Source of the DNA: Candidatus Bathyarchaeum tardum
GTDB taxonomy: Archaea; Thermoproteota; Bathyarchaeia; Bathyarchaeales; Bathyarchaeaceae
DNA: 64,000 nt
Reading direction: 5' to 3'
Assembly (NCBI GenBank): GCA_024650005.2
Contig: CP122380.1
Location: forward strand, 672,001-736,000
A program made the translations under genes and the position numbers. Under the pieces are notes generated by a model. The model was not told the origin of the DNA. It worked only from the letters and a program-made list of their open reading frames with translations, and did not search any database. Each line of letters opens with the position of its first letter. The stretch's first letter is position 1. Positions 1-11,515 of the stretch are shown piece by piece.

Positions 1-457
1 AAAGGAATCTGCCAAAAATTACTGAAATAACTACAAGTAGCCCTACTGCGATTGCTAGCCGTTCTAAGCCTGTTGTGAGATAAATGCTGCTGGTGCCATA
101 ATTTGGGAACAAATAACTTTGTAGTTGCCATATTACGCAGGTTGCAGTTCTTCCTGAAGCGTAGTAACAGGAAAAGGTAGGCACAGTTAAGCCGTCTGGG
201 TATGGTCTTCCTAGGATTTCTTTGCCTATGGTGATGTCTTTGGGTGCTGTCCCAAGGTATGACCACCTTTCAAGTCCGAAAGGTCCAATTATCAGTCCCA
301 GAAAAATCACTGCAACTGCAGCAATCTGGATGAACAGACGTAGTGCACTTAATTTTCTTGTGTTGTTTCTTACCCAGATTAGAATTGCTAGGCTTCCTGC
401 TAGAATCAAGGCTACTGCAATTGTTGCTCGCAATGTTTCTGCGATGATTTCTAGCAT
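1..457 (-). CDS. Membrane 4Fe-4S binding protein (NapH/MauN-like), 3' part runs off the window
   Basis: Not in the ORF track. Manual translation from ATG at 457 gives MLEIIAETLRATIAVALILAGSLAILIWVRNNTRK...SCYYASGRTATCVIWQLQ...VISVIFGRFL, open to the window edge. The GRF-(CGW) motif and N-terminus resemble the 21167..22156 paralog. Confidence 0.75.
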   Translation of the reverse strand, partial: MLEIIAETLRATIAVALILAGSLAILIWVRNNTRKLSALRLFIQIAAVAVIFLGLIIGPFGLERWSYLGTAPKDITIGKEILGRPYPDGLTVPTFSCYYASGRTATCVIWQLQSYLFPNYGTSSIYLTTGLERLAIAVGLLVVISVIFGRFL

Positions 458-470
458 AGTTTTTCTTCCT

Positions 471-1154
471 TTACATTAATTCTATTAAGGCACTAATTAG
501 CACGCTTAATCCCATGACAATAAGGGCGATTCCCCCAATTTTTGACAACCATTTTGTGAACATAGGTGCCTTGTTTAGTAGCCAACCTGTAGCTCCGCCA
601 AGAATCAAAAGAGGCGATATTGCTGTTCCCAATCCAAACAAAACGGCCATTACTGCGGAGTTAACCTGACCAAAAGTTGCCGAATACACAAGAAGCGCAA
701 CCAAGGGAGGACACAAAATGAAGCCTCGGGTGAAGCCCATAAAAAATGCCTTTAGGTCGAATCTGTTGGTTAGGTTTGCGATTCCGAATCTATCTGGGTT
801 TTGTTCTTTGCAGTCACATGAGCTGGTTTGTTTTTTCATTAATATGGTTGCTCCAATGAAGATTATGATTGCACTGAAAACTATAGCAGTGTATTGTTGA
901 TATGCACTGAAAAAATCTTCACTAATTGTGGCACTTACCAGTCCTACAATGGTTCCGATTATTGCGTATGCTACTATGCGTCCAGCGTTGTAAATTGTTG
1001 TAACGATTACCCCTTTTTTGAAGCCTGCTCCGATGCCTGCGATGTAACTGACAATGTATGGCAGACAAGCCGAAGCGCAGAAAGTGAGCCCGTACAGTAG
1101 CCCTAAAACAAGAGAAGCAAGGTACGGATTCGAAATCTGCTCTAGAACAGTCAT
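471..1154 (-). CDS. DsbD_2 / sulfite exporter TauE/SafE-like membrane protein
   Basis: 227 aa, about 6 TM segments, CASAC near the N-terminus, GRIVAY and LCPP...FGLGT motifs. Confidence 0.75.
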   Translation of the reverse strand: MTVLEQISNPYLASLVLGLLYGLTFCASACLPYIVSYIAGIGAGFKKGVIVTTIYNAGRIVAYAIIGTIVGLVSATISEDFFSAYQQYTAIVFSAIIIFIGATILMKKQTSSCDCKEQNPDRFGIANLTNRFDLKAFFMGFTRGFILCPPLVALLVYSATFGQVNSAVMAVLFGLGTAISPLLILGGATGWLLNKAPMFTKWLSKIGGIALIVMGLSVLISALIELM

Positions 1155-1285
1155 GTTAAACTAAGCCCTTGAGCCTTTTAGAGCACAAGATAAGCCCCAA
1201 TAGAATTTAACTATTGTCATAAAACCATCAAAAGTATTGCTTTCTAAAAAACAGTAAAACAAATAATTGGACTACGCTAAAGCAC

Positions 1286-1603
1286 TTAATCTGTTAATCC
1301 CGATTTTTGTTTGTTAGCAAAAATCCATCTAATGTCAACAACAGCCATGAATAAACTAGATACTTGAAGATAATCCAAAGTCCATGACCCCTCTGTAATT
1401 ATGACTTGTTGTTGTTTAATGTCGAAGTACTGATAAGTGGGACGGTAACTCAGAATGCTGTATTCAACTAAGACTACCCTAGTGCTCAGATGATTTTTAA
1501 TATCATATTTCCTCATATTTAAATCAGAATAAACAAGAACCCCACAAAAGCCAATAATCAAAACATTAACTGCAACTAACAAAACCAATGGGTTAATGCG
1601 CAT
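1286..1603 (-). CDS. Hypothetical membrane protein
   Basis: 105 aa ORF with two hydrophobic segments; fills the intergenic space. Confidence 0.55.
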   Translation of the reverse strand: MRINPLVLLVAVNVLIIGFCGVLVYSDLNMRKYDIKNHLSTRVVLVEYSILSYRPTYQYFDIKQQQVIITEGSWTLDYLQVSSLFMAVVDIRWIFANKQKSGLTD

Positions 1604-1740
1604 TTAATCTCCAACTAATTTTCAGTTTAATCACAATATTGCTTTTGCGCTATTTTTTCGGAAAAATCTGCATATCACAAAAATTATTTTTTATACCCTT
1701 TAATAATATCTTTTTATGTTTTTAGTCTGAGGCTGCCTAT

Positions 1741-2541
1741 TTGTCAGACCGTTGGAGACTACTAAAACTTGAAACTGCAGATGCTTACACAAATATGGCA
1801 ATTGATGAAGCAATCCTAACTGCCCGAATACACGGCAAAGTAACTAACACATTACGTTTTTACATGTGGGAACCCTCTGCTGTTTCAATTGGGCGCTTCC
1901 AAACCTTAGAAAACGAAATCAACCTTGGAGAATGCAAAAAACAACAAATAGACATCGTCCGAAGAATAAGTGGCGGCGGAGCTGTTTATCACGACAAAAA
2001 TGGAGAAATTACCTATAGCATAACTGCAAAAACTGCTGACCTAGGATGCAAAAACTTGGACCTTTTAGGCGCCTATCAGAAAATCTGTACTGGACTCAAC
2101 GAAGCTGCAAAGATATTAGGTGCCAAAGCTGATTACCATTCCCCTGACCAAAAACGGTGCCCCAACCTTTCTATTGATGGAAAAAAGATTTCTGGTAACG
2201 CTCAAACCTCAAAAAAAGGGGTTTTAATGCAACATGGCACCTTTTTACTCCAAATAGACTACCCTACTATGTTCAGTATCCTTAGGGTTCCTTGGTCAAC
2301 AAATTTAGAAGAAATTATTGACGTAGCTAAACGCAAACTTGGTTGTATAAAACAGGAAATAAACCCTGATTTTTCCGTTCAAGACGCCTATAATGCATTA
2401 GTTAGGGGTTTTGAGAAAGCTTTGAACGTGGAATTTGTTGAAGAACCCTTAACTGTTTATGAACAAAAACTTGCGGAAAAATTAAAAAAAGAAAAGTTTG
2501 TGACCGAGGATTGGAATTTCCTCGGTAAGTCCTCGTTTTAG
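1741..2541 (+). CDS. lplA: Lipoate-protein ligase A family (catalytic domain)
   Basis: NMAIDEA, RRISGGGAVYHD, KKISGNAQ and QHGT motifs; TTG start. Confidence 0.9.
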   Translation: MSDRWRLLKLETADAYTNMAIDEAILTARIHGKVTNTLRFYMWEPSAVSIGRFQTLENEINLGECKKQQIDIVRRISGGGAVYHDKNGEITYSITAKTADLGCKNLDLLGAYQKICTGLNEAAKILGAKADYHSPDQKRCPNLSIDGKKISGNAQTSKKGVLMQHGTFLLQIDYPTMFSILRVPWSTNLEEIIDVAKRKLGCIKQEINPDFSVQDAYNALVRGFEKALNVEFVEEPLTVYEQKLAEKLKKEKFVTEDWNFLGKSSF

Positions 2542-2549
2542 ATGAGGTT

Positions 2550-4610
2550 CTATAGTAGCGCATACAACACAATTGTCGGTGCAAATACCGAAGCAACCAA
2601 AGCCATTACAGTAATCAACGTGTTCAACGAAGGTCCTGCCGTGTCTTTGAATGGGTCACCAACAGTGTCTCCAACAACAGCAGCTTTATGAGGTTCAGAA
2701 CCTTTTCCGCCAAATGCACCAGCTTCAATGTATTTCTTTGCGTTGTCCCAAAGTCCACCAGCGTTAGACATGAATAGAGCAAAGATAAGCCCTGAGAATA
2801 TGCTGCCTGCAAGAAAACCACCAAGGGCTTGAATTCCTCCAATGAAACCTACTATTAATGTAATGCCAATAGACAAAACACTTGGAAGAATTAATTCCTT
2901 AATTGCACCTTTTGTGGCTATGTCAACACAAGCTGCATAATCTGCTTTGACGCCTTCTTTGCCTTCTAGCAATCCCGGAATTTCTCTGAACTGTCGACGG
3001 ATTTCTTCAATCATACAGGAAGCATTTTTGCCAACGCTGAGCATTACCATTGCTGAAAACACTGCAGGTATTGTAAGACCCACAAGTGCTCCCGTCAAAA
3101 CCAACGGGTCCATCAGATCAAAAGTAATTAATGCACCAGTTTTTTCTTGAACTATAGCTTGGAATGCTGCAAGCAAAGCAATTACTGTTAATCCTGCTGC
3201 TCCAATGGCGAATCCTTTGGTTATTGCCTTAGAAGTGTTGCCAGCTGCGTCAAGACTTGCAGTAATGTCTAGGACTTCTTCGTCAAGTCCTGTTTGTTCT
3301 GCTATACCACCTGCGTTGTCTGCGATAGGTCCAAAAGCGTCACCGGCTACAATCATTCCAACAATCGACAACATTCCGACTGCTGCCATGCCAATACCGT
3401 AAACACCTGCTCCTTCTGCCTCGATGAAATATTCTGCTATCATGTATGATCCTGCAGAAGCGAAACCAATTCCTAGTAATGCTGGGAAAATACTTAGTAA
3501 TCCGTAAGAAAAGCCAGTGATAATATTAACTGCAGCGCCAGTCTGTGATGCTTCAGCTGTTCGTATTACTGGAAACTTGTCTATCGACGTGAAGAAGTCT
3601 GTTGTAATTCCAATAACAACACCTCCAATCAATCCAATTACTGCTGCTGCCCAAACGCCAATGTTAATGTCAAGATAATATGTTGCACCGAGGGTCATCA
3701 AAGCGAAAATGATGCATGTTAGATATGTTCCGATGTTGAGTGCTTTTCCAGGGTTTCCTTTTTTGCCTACTCGAACTATTGCAACTCCCAAAATGGAGGC
3801 TATAATTCCAAGTCCAGCAAACACAAGTGGCACATCGACAAATGATATTGAAACATAACTCGCAGTTTGAGATAGTGCAACACCAAGTGTCATTACTGCA
3901 ATTATACTTGCTACATATGAGTCAAAAAGATCTGATCCCATTCCTGCAACATCACCAACGTTGTCACCAACATTGTCGGCGATTACTCCAGGGTTTCGGG
4001 GGTCATCTTCGGGTATGTCATGTTCAACTTTTCCTACAAGGTCTGCTGCAACGTCGGCTGTTTTTGTATATATTCCACCGCCAATTTTGGCAAACAATGC
4101 TACTGCGCTTGCTCCAAAGCCGAAGCCCAGAACTATTTCTGGATCCATAGTAAAGTAGTAAACTGTGCTTAATCCAAGGAGAGCTAATCCGACTACGGCT
4201 AAGCCCATGACGGCTCCACCACGGAAAGCTATTGGAAATGCTTTGTTCAGTCCTTCTTTTGCGGCGTTTGCTGCTCTGACGTTTGCTTTTAGGGCAACAG
4301 TCATTCCCAAGACACCTGAAAAAGCAGAACAAAGTGCACCAAAAACGAATGCAATTCCCATTAAGTAACTAAATCCAATGTCTGCCACCATAGGAACAAA
4401 GGTTAAGATTACTGCCATGACTGCAACGAAAGTTGCGAGGTATTTGAATTCCACTTTCATGAATGCTCTGGCGCCTTCTTGGATGGCGTTAGAAATCTCT
4501 TGCATTTTTTCTGTTCCAGCACTTTGTCTGTTAATGTAAAAATAAAGATAAAGTGCAACTAGAATCGATATTGTTGCTGTAATAGGCGCAATTGTCCAAT
4601 CAATCATCAT
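2550..4610 (-). CDS. hppA: Membrane-bound H+-translocating pyrophosphatase (K+-independent signature)
   Basis: [36 protein letters not shown] and [10 protein letters not shown] motifs; [10 protein letters not shown] carries Lys/Thr at the K+-determinant positions. Confidence 0.95.
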   Translation of the reverse strand: MMIDWTIAPITATISILVALYLYFYINRQSAGTEKMQEISNAIQEGARAFMKVEFKYLATFVAVMAVILTFVPMVADIGFSYLMGIAFVFGALCSAFSGVLGMTVALKANVRAANAAKEGLNKAFPIAFRGGAVMGLAVVGLALLGLSTVYYFTMDPEIVLGFGFGASAVALFAKIGGGIYTKTADVAADLVGKVEHDIPEDDPRNPGVIADNVGDNVGDVAGMGSDLFDSYVASIIAVMTLGVALSQTASYVSISFVDVPLVFAGLGIIASILGVAIVRVGKKGNPGKALNIGTYLTCIIFALMTLGATYYLDINIGVWAAAVIGLIGGVVIGITTDFFTSIDKFPVIRTAEASQTGAAVNIITGFSYGLLSIFPALLGIGFASAGSYMIAEYFIEAEGAGVYGIGMAAVGMLSIVGMIVAGDAFGPIADNAGGIAEQTGLDEEVLDITASLDAAGNTSKAITKGFAIGAAGLTVIALLAAFQAIVQEKTGALITFDLMDPLVLTGALVGLTIPAVFSAMVMLSVGKNASCMIEEIRRQFREIPGLLEGKEGVKADYAACVDIATKGAIKELILPSVLSIGITLIVGFIGGIQALGGFLAGSIFSGLIFALFMSNAGGLWDNAKKYIEAGAFGGKGSEPHKAAVVGDTVGDPFKDTAGPSLNTLITVMALVASVFAPTIVLYALL

Positions 4611-4855
4611 CGTAATTTTTCACACCTTTTTATAGAAGTATTACGGTTCCAGTTTGTTTGTTTTAAGGTTTTCCCTAATATTGATTGAATATCATTATGT
4701 TTGTGTATTTTTTATTATACGTATTTTGCATCTGAATATTATTTCATTATTCAGTGTATTTGTGAGAAAATTTTGTACATAATCTAAGAAACGCTTTTTA
4801 ATAACAACATGGTTCTTCCATCTAAACTCTGCAGATTGGAAAATAGGCGGTTGAA

Positions 4856-7600
4856 ATGAGTTCTGAATACCATTCGATGGAAAAAAAGGAACTTTTAGAA
4901 TCACTGAAAGTCACAGAAAAAGGATTAACAACCGAAGAAGCTGAACGACGACTAAAAGAGTTCGGACCAAACGAGCTTGTAGAAAAGAAAAAAATTAGTC
5001 CTCTTCAGATTTTCTTGGGGCAATTCAAAGACATCTTCGTAATCATGCTTTTGTTTGCGATGGCTGTTTCATTAATAATTGCATTTACCCACGATGGGAG
5101 CGAATACGTGGACGCTGCAACTATCGGTGCTATCATATTTCTTAACGCCCTAGTTGGCTTTGTTCAAGAATATCGTTCAGAAAAGGCAATGGAAGCCATG
5201 AAACAGCTCACGGCTCCCAAAGCCCGGGTGCTCAGGGATGGTCAAGAACAGCTAATTCCCGCAAGGGAAGTTGTCCCCGGAGATATTGTTCTCCTTGAAG
5301 CGGGAGACCGAATACCCGCGGATTCACGAGTTCTTGAAGTTGTAGACCTTAAAACTGATGAAGCAATTCTAACTGGAGAATCTACAGCTGTAGACAAAAA
5401 AGATGTAGTTCTTGGTCCAAAAACTGCTGTAGCTGATCGTAAAAATTCCCTTTTCATGGCTACTCACCTAACATATGGTCGAGGTAAAGCCGTAATAACT
5501 TCCACTGGAATGAAAACCGAATTCGGTAAAGTTGCTGAAATGGTTCAATCTGTAGAACAAACAGAATCACCCCTCAAACAAAAACTAACAAAATTCGCCA
5601 AAAAACTTGGAATCCTAATAATTTTAGTAAGCGCTGCAATATTCACAATAGAACTATACGAAATATTCTTTTTATCTGCAGGAGGCAGTTTTGAATCTGT
5701 TCTTGGTGATTTAATTGTCGCCTTTGAAACTGCAATTGCTCTTGCAGTTTCTGCAGTTCCTGAAGGTTTACCTGCAGTAGTAACTGTGTCTCTTGCTTTA
5801 GGTGCTAGAGAACTTGCAAAACGTAAAGCCCTAATCAGACGACTTTCCTCTGCGGAAACTTTGGGTGCTACAGACATAATTTGTTCTGACAAAACTGGAA
5901 CTTTGACCAAAGGCGAAATGACTGTGCGCAAAATCTACGTCAACGACAAAATGGTTAGCGTATCTGGTGCAGGTTATGAACCTAAAGGCGATTTCTTGGT
6001 TAACGGTAACAAAATAGATGCAACTAAAGAAACTGATCTTGAGTTGTTGCTAAGATCTAGCACATTGTGTGCCAACGCCAATTATGACGGAACTAAAGTG
6101 CTTGGTGACACAACTGAAGGAGCCATAATTGTTGCAGCTGCAAAGGCAGGAATGATTAAAACTGAGTTGGACAGTCAATATCCTCGTCTACAAGAAATAC
6201 CCTTTACTTCTGAGAGAAAACGAATGACCACAGTTCATAAAACACCTGATGGAAAAGTTGTTTCTTATGTCAAAGGTGCTGTTGAAATCCTGTTAGACCG
6301 TTCAGTGAATGTAATCAAAGGCGGCAAAGTAGTCAAATTAACTCAGACCGAAAAAGACCAAATCTTGAAAACCAATGAAGAAATGGCTAATCAAGCCCTT
6401 CGTGTTCTTGCAATTGCTTACAAAGAATTACCTCCAAATGCAAATACCGACTATGATGAAGAAGACCTAGAAAGCAACTTAGTGTTCATCGGTTTGGCAG
6501 GAATGATAGATCCTCCCCGAGATGAAGCAAAAGGTGCAAATGAACTTTGCCGAAAAGCAGGCATCAAGACTGTAATGATTACTGGAGACCACAAGCTCAC
6601 AGCAGTTGCCATCGCAAAAGAATTAACCATAATGGTCGAAGGCGACTTAGCTTTTACCGGTGCAGAATTAGACAAAATGACTGACACAGAATTTGAAAAC
6701 ATAGTTGAAAAAGCAGTTGTATATGCTCGTGTTTCGCCTGAACACAAACTTAGAATCGTAAAAGCCCTCAAAGACAAAGGTCACATCGTAGCTATGACTG
6801 GAGATGGAGTCAACGACGCTCCAGCACTCAAGCAAGCTGACATTGGTATTGCTATGGGAATCACTGGAACTGATGTTACGCGAGAAGCTGCAGACATGGT
6901 ACTGGCAGACGACAACTTTGCCACAATAGTCACAGCCGTTGAAGGCGGACGAGCCATATATGACAATATCCGCAAATTTTCATTTTTCCTGTTACGTTCC
7001 AATTTTGATGAACTTCTAGTAATTGCAGTCTTTGCATTTTTAGGACCCATCTTGGGAACCGAAGAAAGTATACTTCCTCTGACAGCACAAATGATTTTGT
7101 GGATAAATCTTGTTACCGATGGTGGTCCTGCACTTGCTTTGAGCATGGATCCACCTCAGGAAGATTTAATGAGTCGTAAACCACGAAACCCTAATGATGG
7201 GATACTCCATGGAAGAGGCGCTTCAATCATGGCTTCTTTCTTATCACAAGCCCTTGCTACTGGTGGGTTATTTGCTGTAGCATACTTTGTGTGGGGACAC
7301 TCCTTAGCGTATGCCCAGACTATGGCTTTCATGCAAGCCACACTTAGGGAATTGCTCGTCGTCTGGAATTGTAGATCAGAAACAAAGAGCGCATTCAGGC
7401 TGAGCTTTACATCAAATAAATTCCTGTTGTTTGCAGTAATTGCCTCAATGATAGTGTCAGCTGCAGTTCCGTACACCGGGTTACTTGGAACCGTTCCTTT
7501 GAGTCTAATGGATTGGGCTGTAATAATACCCATCTCGATGTCTGGCTTCCTGATTATGCCTGAAATATTCTACGGTCGAAAGATTTGGCGCTGGGGTTAA
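4856..7600 (+). CDS. P-type ATPase, P2A (Ca2+-type)
   Basis: TGES, PEGLP, DKTGTLT, KGA, TGDGVNDAPALK and WINLVTD motifs. Confidence 0.92.
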   Translation: MSSEYHSMEKKELLESLKVTEKGLTTEEAERRLKEFGPNELVEKKKISPLQIFLGQFKDIFVIMLLFAMAVSLIIAFTHDGSEYVDAATIGAIIFLNALVGFVQEYRSEKAMEAMKQLTAPKARVLRDGQEQLIPAREVVPGDIVLLEAGDRIPADSRVLEVVDLKTDEAILTGESTAVDKKDVVLGPKTAVADRKNSLFMATHLTYGRGKAVITSTGMKTEFGKVAEMVQSVEQTESPLKQKLTKFAKKLGILIILVSAAIFTIELYEIFFLSAGGSFESVLGDLIVAFETAIALAVSAVPEGLPAVVTVSLALGARELAKRKALIRRLSSAETLGATDIICSDKTGTLTKGEMTVRKIYVNDKMVSVSGAGYEPKGDFLVNGNKIDATKETDLELLLRSSTLCANANYDGTKVLGDTTEGAIIVAAAKAGMIKTELDSQYPRLQEIPFTSERKRMTTVHKTPDGKVVSYVKGAVEILLDRSVNVIKGGKVVKLTQTEKDQILKTNEEMANQALRVLAIAYKELPPNANTDYDEEDLESNLVFIGLAGMIDPPRDEAKGANELCRKAGIKTVMITGDHKLTAVAIAKELTIMVEGDLAFTGAELDKMTDTEFENIVEKAVVYARVSPEHKLRIVKALKDKGHIVAMTGDGVNDAPALKQADIGIAMGITGTDVTREAADMVLADDNFATIVTAVEGGRAIYDNIRKFSFFLLRSNFDELLVIAVFAFLGPILGTEESILPLTAQMILWINLVTDGGPALALSMDPPQEDLMSRKPRNPNDGILHGRGASIMASFLSQALATGGLFAVAYFVWGHSLAYAQTMAFMQATLRELLVVWNCRSETKSAFRLSFTSNKFLLFAVIASMIVSAAVPYTGLLGTVPLSLMDWAVIIPISMSGFLIMPEIFYGRKIWRWG

Positions 7601-7614
7601 ACTGGTGGAAGTTG

Positions 7615-7667
7615 ACTACCTAGAAATAGGTAGTTCAAATCTTTTTTTTCAATCTTTATTTTTTTTT
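7615..7667 (+). terminator. Hairpin plus T-tracts after the ATPase gene
   Basis: ACTACCTA-GAAA-TAGGTAGT (7615-7634) followed by long T runs. Confidence 0.55.
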
Positions 7668-7713
7668 CATAAGTAAGATAAGGTGTTAGCATAAGGAATA
7701 TTTTTGAAGAAAA

Positions 7714-7941
7714 ATGTTTAAGACACCTTCAAGTTTACGATTCTTGTTTCACAGTTTCGGTCTAGGTTGTGTAAGTAGCGCCATCTTTTTGCAAGTGCTA
7801 GTTTTCTGGGACATTTCACAAACAGGATTCTTCAGAGCTACCGAAAAAAACCAGGCAATACTATCGTTTGAAATATTTCTAACCGTATTTGCTCTAGTAT
7901 ATTTTGTTTACCTATATCAACGATTAATTCGGTCAATCTAG
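7714..7941 (+). CDS. Small 2-TM hypothetical protein
   Basis: 75 aa, two hydrophobic helices. Confidence 0.6.
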   Translation: MFKTPSSLRFLFHSFGLGCVSSAIFLQVLVFWDISQTGFFRATEKNQAILSFEIFLTVFALVYFVYLYQRLIRSI

Positions 7942-8066
7942 TGGTAAAGCTAAAATTCATCTTTTTACAAGGTGCCTGTCTATTTTTTTACTTTTTTCTT
8001 TTATCGGAACTGTTAAATATTTCTCTATTTGAAAAATGAGGGCAGTGGTTTTCAGAGGTAACAGCA

Positions 8067-8735
8067 ATGAAATTCAAGAAATTGTTTGCCCTAATAGTTT
8101 GTGTTTTCCTATTTACTATGAGTTTTTCGGGGATTGTTTGGTCCCAATCTGAGCAAACAAAAAATGTGTACACTCTTGCTTATGGAGGTTTACTCATAGA
8201 CATTGTTGCTCCTGTTCAGTCTTCTCCTGGAGAAACAATAACCATAACTATAACCACTGAAGCTGTAACCCAAGTCCAAGTTGACGTTGAATACATTGAC
8301 GTTTTAGTCTATGGACTTATAAATGCTAAAGACGAAATTTCCCTTGCTGAAATTACACACATTCAAAATATGCCGCTTACTTTCCATGAAGCAAACTACC
8401 AAATATCAGTTCCAAATGATATCTCACCCGGATTGATATATGGAATAATTACTTCTGAATGGGATTTCATGGGTTCTCATCAAAAGATTACTCCCTCTGG
8501 TTTTGCTTTAACTTACATTCAAAACATCGAATTAGAAGAACTGCGGGCCGAATACAATCAACTAAATGCTACTTACCACAATAGTTTGAAGAATTATACC
8601 AACCTAGAATCTGATCTAAGTGTAGAATTAGATTCCACACGAAACTTGATGTATATTTTTGTTGCAACAACAGTTGTCGCAAGTATCACAGTAATTGTTC
8701 TTTTAATGCGAAAACCCAAAAAAATCTGGATTTAA
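8067..8735 (+). CDS. Secreted, C-terminally anchored hypothetical protein
   Basis: Signal peptide, beta-rich domain, short coiled coil, C-terminal TM with basic tail. Confidence 0.7.
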   Translation: MKFKKLFALIVCVFLFTMSFSGIVWSQSEQTKNVYTLAYGGLLIDIVAPVQSSPGETITITITTEAVTQVQVDVEYIDVLVYGLINAKDEISLAEITHIQNMPLTFHEANYQISVPNDISPGLIYGIITSEWDFMGSHQKITPSGFALTYIQNIELEELRAEYNQLNATYHNSLKNYTNLESDLSVELDSTRNLMYIFVATTVVASITVIVLLMRKPKKIWI

Positions 8736-9733
8736 AAACCCAAATTTTTTCTCTCTTTTTCAACCTCTTTTGGCAACAACGAACGTGGATAATTGTACAA
8801 TGGTCCAGATGGTTTTTCATTATAGTATGGTCGATTGCAATCTGGACATCCTGATGTAAGGAAAGGTTCTCCTTTTTGTAACGTTTTCATTAAATCTTCT
8901 TTAGTGACTCCAAAACTTGTAATCTTTCCGTTGTTGTCAAATTCCATTTCTCTAATAGTTGTTTTTCCGTTTGTTAGCAAAAAATTGGCAACTTGTGTTC
9001 GTCGATAATAACTTAGCTGGGGGGGCAGGTTGTTTTCAAGGGCTGTTCCCTTGATTGGCGTGAAAGCAAACAAAGCAGGTTTTATTCGTGAATCAACGCA
9101 CCATTGAATTGTTTGACATAGTTCTTTTTCTGTTTCTCCTAGGCCAACAATAAGATGCGTGCTAACAAACTCATAACCAAAAACAGTAACGGCTTCTTGT
9201 AATGCTTTTCTTTGTTCACTCCATTTGTATTTTGCACCCACATTTGTTCCCTTTATTTTTTCAAAAATTTGTTCTGTAGCTGCATCCAAAGCAATGCATA
9301 TTCGGTTCACCCCTGCTTGAAACATATGTTCCGCTTGTTCTTTGTTTAATGGCTTACAAGAAACTGAAATTGGAACATCCACTTTAGTTTTGATTTTTTT
9401 AACGAGGCACAAAACGTCACCAAAAACCTGTGGATAATTAAGGGACTGAACACAAATCCGCTTAATTTTTGCTGTTTTCGCTGCTTTTTCTATACTTGAT
9501 ATCACTTCTTCAGCAGGAAATTCTGGCCACGTAACCCTAGAAAGCATATTCGCTCTTGAATTGCTATGTTTTGCTTGGGTACAAAAACTACAATTAGCCA
9601 AACATTTTGTGCCTCGCCCCAAAAGCAGATACGCTGTAGTTGGTTTAACATCAATACTGCCTTTTTTCAGATCCAATACAATGGCGGAACCAATAGAAAC
9701 ACGAATTTTTTCAATAATACCTTTCTCTTTCAT
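8732..9733 (-). CDS. lipS2: Radical SAM lipoyl synthase subunit LipS2
   Basis: CxxxCxxC (CLANCSFC) and C-terminal TSGCPDCNRP, matching the TxGCPxC(N/D)RP motif described for Thermococcus LipS2; divergent from lipS1. Confidence 0.85.
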   Translation of the reverse strand: MKEKGIIEKIRVSIGSAIVLDLKKGSIDVKPTTAYLLLGRGTKCLANCSFCTQAKHSNSRANMLSRVTWPEFPAEEVISSIEKAAKTAKIKRICVQSLNYPQVFGDVLCLVKKIKTKVDVPISVSCKPLNKEQAEHMFQAGVNRICIALDAATEQIFEKIKGTNVGAKYKWSEQRKALQEAVTVFGYEFVSTHLIVGLGETEKELCQTIQWCVDSRIKPALFAFTPIKGTALENNLPPQLSYYRRTQVANFLLTNGKTTIREMEFDNNGKITSFGVTKEDLMKTLQKGEPFLTSGCPDCNRPYYNEKPSGPLYNYPRSLLPKEVEKERKNLGF

Positions 9734-9890
9734 CGGTTACACCAGATGTCTGGAAGCTATTAATTGAAATCTTGTATTTAATTATCTTAATTTTTGGGTT
9801 GTATATGTGACCCCAAAAACAGATTCTCTAAAGAACGTTTGGCTATATCCTCAAAACCTTTTTAGAAAACGTAACTGAATGTAAACAAGT

Positions 9891-10877
9891 ATGACAAGTC
9901 TAAACGCCAAAGAAATATGGCAAATGCCCAAAGAAAAATTTGTTTCTTTGCTTGAAAACGGAGCCTTTTCCCCTGAAACACAAACCATCAATTTTTTTGC
10001 TCCAAGTTTTGTTCACTATAAAAACAAGTTTTTTTGTTCTTCTCAGAACAGTTTTCCATCAATTTCTGTTACTGGTTCTTCTTGTGCCCTGAACTGTAAA
10101 CACTGCAACAAAAAAGTGCTAAACACAATGACTCCAGTTAATAGTCCAAAGGACCTTTTTGATGTTTGTAAAAAATTGAAAAACGATGGCGCACAAGGTT
10201 GTTTAATAAGTGGAGGCTGTGGGTTAGATGGCTCGGTTCCATTAACTAATTTTATTGATGCTTTCAAAAAAATAAAAACCGAGTTGGACCTGAAGCTTTC
10301 AGTTCATACTGGGCTAGTTGATTTTATTACTGCAGAAGAGTTGAAGAACGCTGGGGTTGACTCTGTATTAATTGATGTTATTGGTTCAGATGAAACGATT
10401 AAGGAAATTTACAATCTTGATGTTACTGTTACGGTTTATGAAAAATCTTTGAAAGCGTTGCAAGATTCCGAAATTCCGTTTATTCCTCATGTGCTTGTGG
10501 GCTTGCATTACGGTCATCTTAAGGGCGAGTTTAAGGCATTAAACCTGATTTCAAAATATTCGCCTTCTGCAGTCATAATAATTGCGTTTATACCTATCCA
10601 TGGTACGCCTATGGAAAATGTGGAACCCCCTGAACCTGCAGACATTATAAGAACTCTTGTTTGTGCAAAACTATTGATGCCAACTGTTCCTGTTGTTTTG
10701 GGGTGCATGAGACCCAAAGGTGAACATCGCAAAATAACTGACGTTTTTGCAGTTAAAGCTGGAGTAGATGCAATAGCTTTCCCTGTTGAAGATGCAATTC
10801 AAACCGCTCAGTCACTGAATTTAGAAATGCTTTTTTCATCTGTTTGTTGTTCCCAGATTTATGAACTCAATTTTTAG
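9891..10877 (+). CDS. lipS1: Radical SAM lipoyl synthase subunit LipS1
   Basis: CALNCKHC plus GCMRP and C-terminal CC motifs typical of LipS1; followed by gcvH. Confidence 0.85.
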   Translation: MTSLNAKEIWQMPKEKFVSLLENGAFSPETQTINFFAPSFVHYKNKFFCSSQNSFPSISVTGSSCALNCKHCNKKVLNTMTPVNSPKDLFDVCKKLKNDGAQGCLISGGCGLDGSVPLTNFIDAFKKIKTELDLKLSVHTGLVDFITAEELKNAGVDSVLIDVIGSDETIKEIYNLDVTVTVYEKSLKALQDSEIPFIPHVLVGLHYGHLKGEFKALNLISKYSPSAVIIIAFIPIHGTPMENVEPPEPADIIRTLVCAKLLMPTVPVVLGCMRPKGEHRKITDVFAVKAGVDAIAFPVEDAIQTAQSLNLEMLFSSVCCSQIYELNF

Positions 10878-10946
10878 TGATTTTTATGTTGACCTTTTTA
10901 ATAGTTAGCTTTTTAAGATAAACAGATCCCCATACCTAACTGCTAA

Positions 10947-11393
10947 TTGGTGAAAATAATCATGGTCAAGGTTAACGACTACGAAGTACCCGAGAACCTG
11001 TATTACCACAAAGAATACCTCTGGGCAAGCGTCGAAGACGGAAAAGTGAAAATTGGGCTAATCGATTATGCTCAAAAACAAATAAACGACGTGATCTATG
11101 TTGAACTTCCAAGCGTTGGGGACTCTGTAACTAAGGATGAACCCTTCGGTATTTTGGAATCAGTAAAAGCAGTTTCAGACTTGATTGCTCCCGTAAGCGG
11201 CACCATAGAAGCAGTCAACGAAGAACTCGACTCCAAACCCGAATTACTCAACGAAGACCCCTACGGCGAAGGATGGATTATAATCATAGAACCAACTAAC
11301 CTTGAAGAAGACCTAAAAACCCTGCTGTCTTTTGATGCCGCAGTGGAATGGCATAAATCCCTGGTGAAAGACGAAAAAACTGACCAAGAATAA
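10947..11393 (+). CDS. gcvH: Glycine cleavage H-protein family lipoyl carrier
   Basis: LESVKAVSDL lipoyl-Lys motif and NEDPYGEGW; the true start is probably the ATG at 10962. Confidence 0.92.
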   Translation: MVKIIMVKVNDYEVPENLYYHKEYLWASVEDGKVKIGLIDYAQKQINDVIYVELPSVGDSVTKDEPFGILESVKAVSDLIAPVSGTIEAVNEELDSKPELLNEDPYGEGWIIIIEPTNLEEDLKTLLSFDAAVEWHKSLVKDEKTDQE

Positions 11394-11476
11394 GGGCTTA
11401 ACCGAAATTGGTGAAAATTTACAAAAAAATAATTCTAAACACCCTATTTAATTGATAAAAGATTTTTTATCTAACC

Positions 11477-11495
11477 TTGACAATTAGTGTGTCAA
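11477..11495. promoter_or_regulatory. Palindrome, candidate operator
   Basis: TTGACA-N7-TGTCAA, 20 bp upstream of the ATG of a small HTH gene. Confidence 0.35.
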
Positions 11496-11515
11496 CAAAA
11501 AGCTGGGATTTCGTA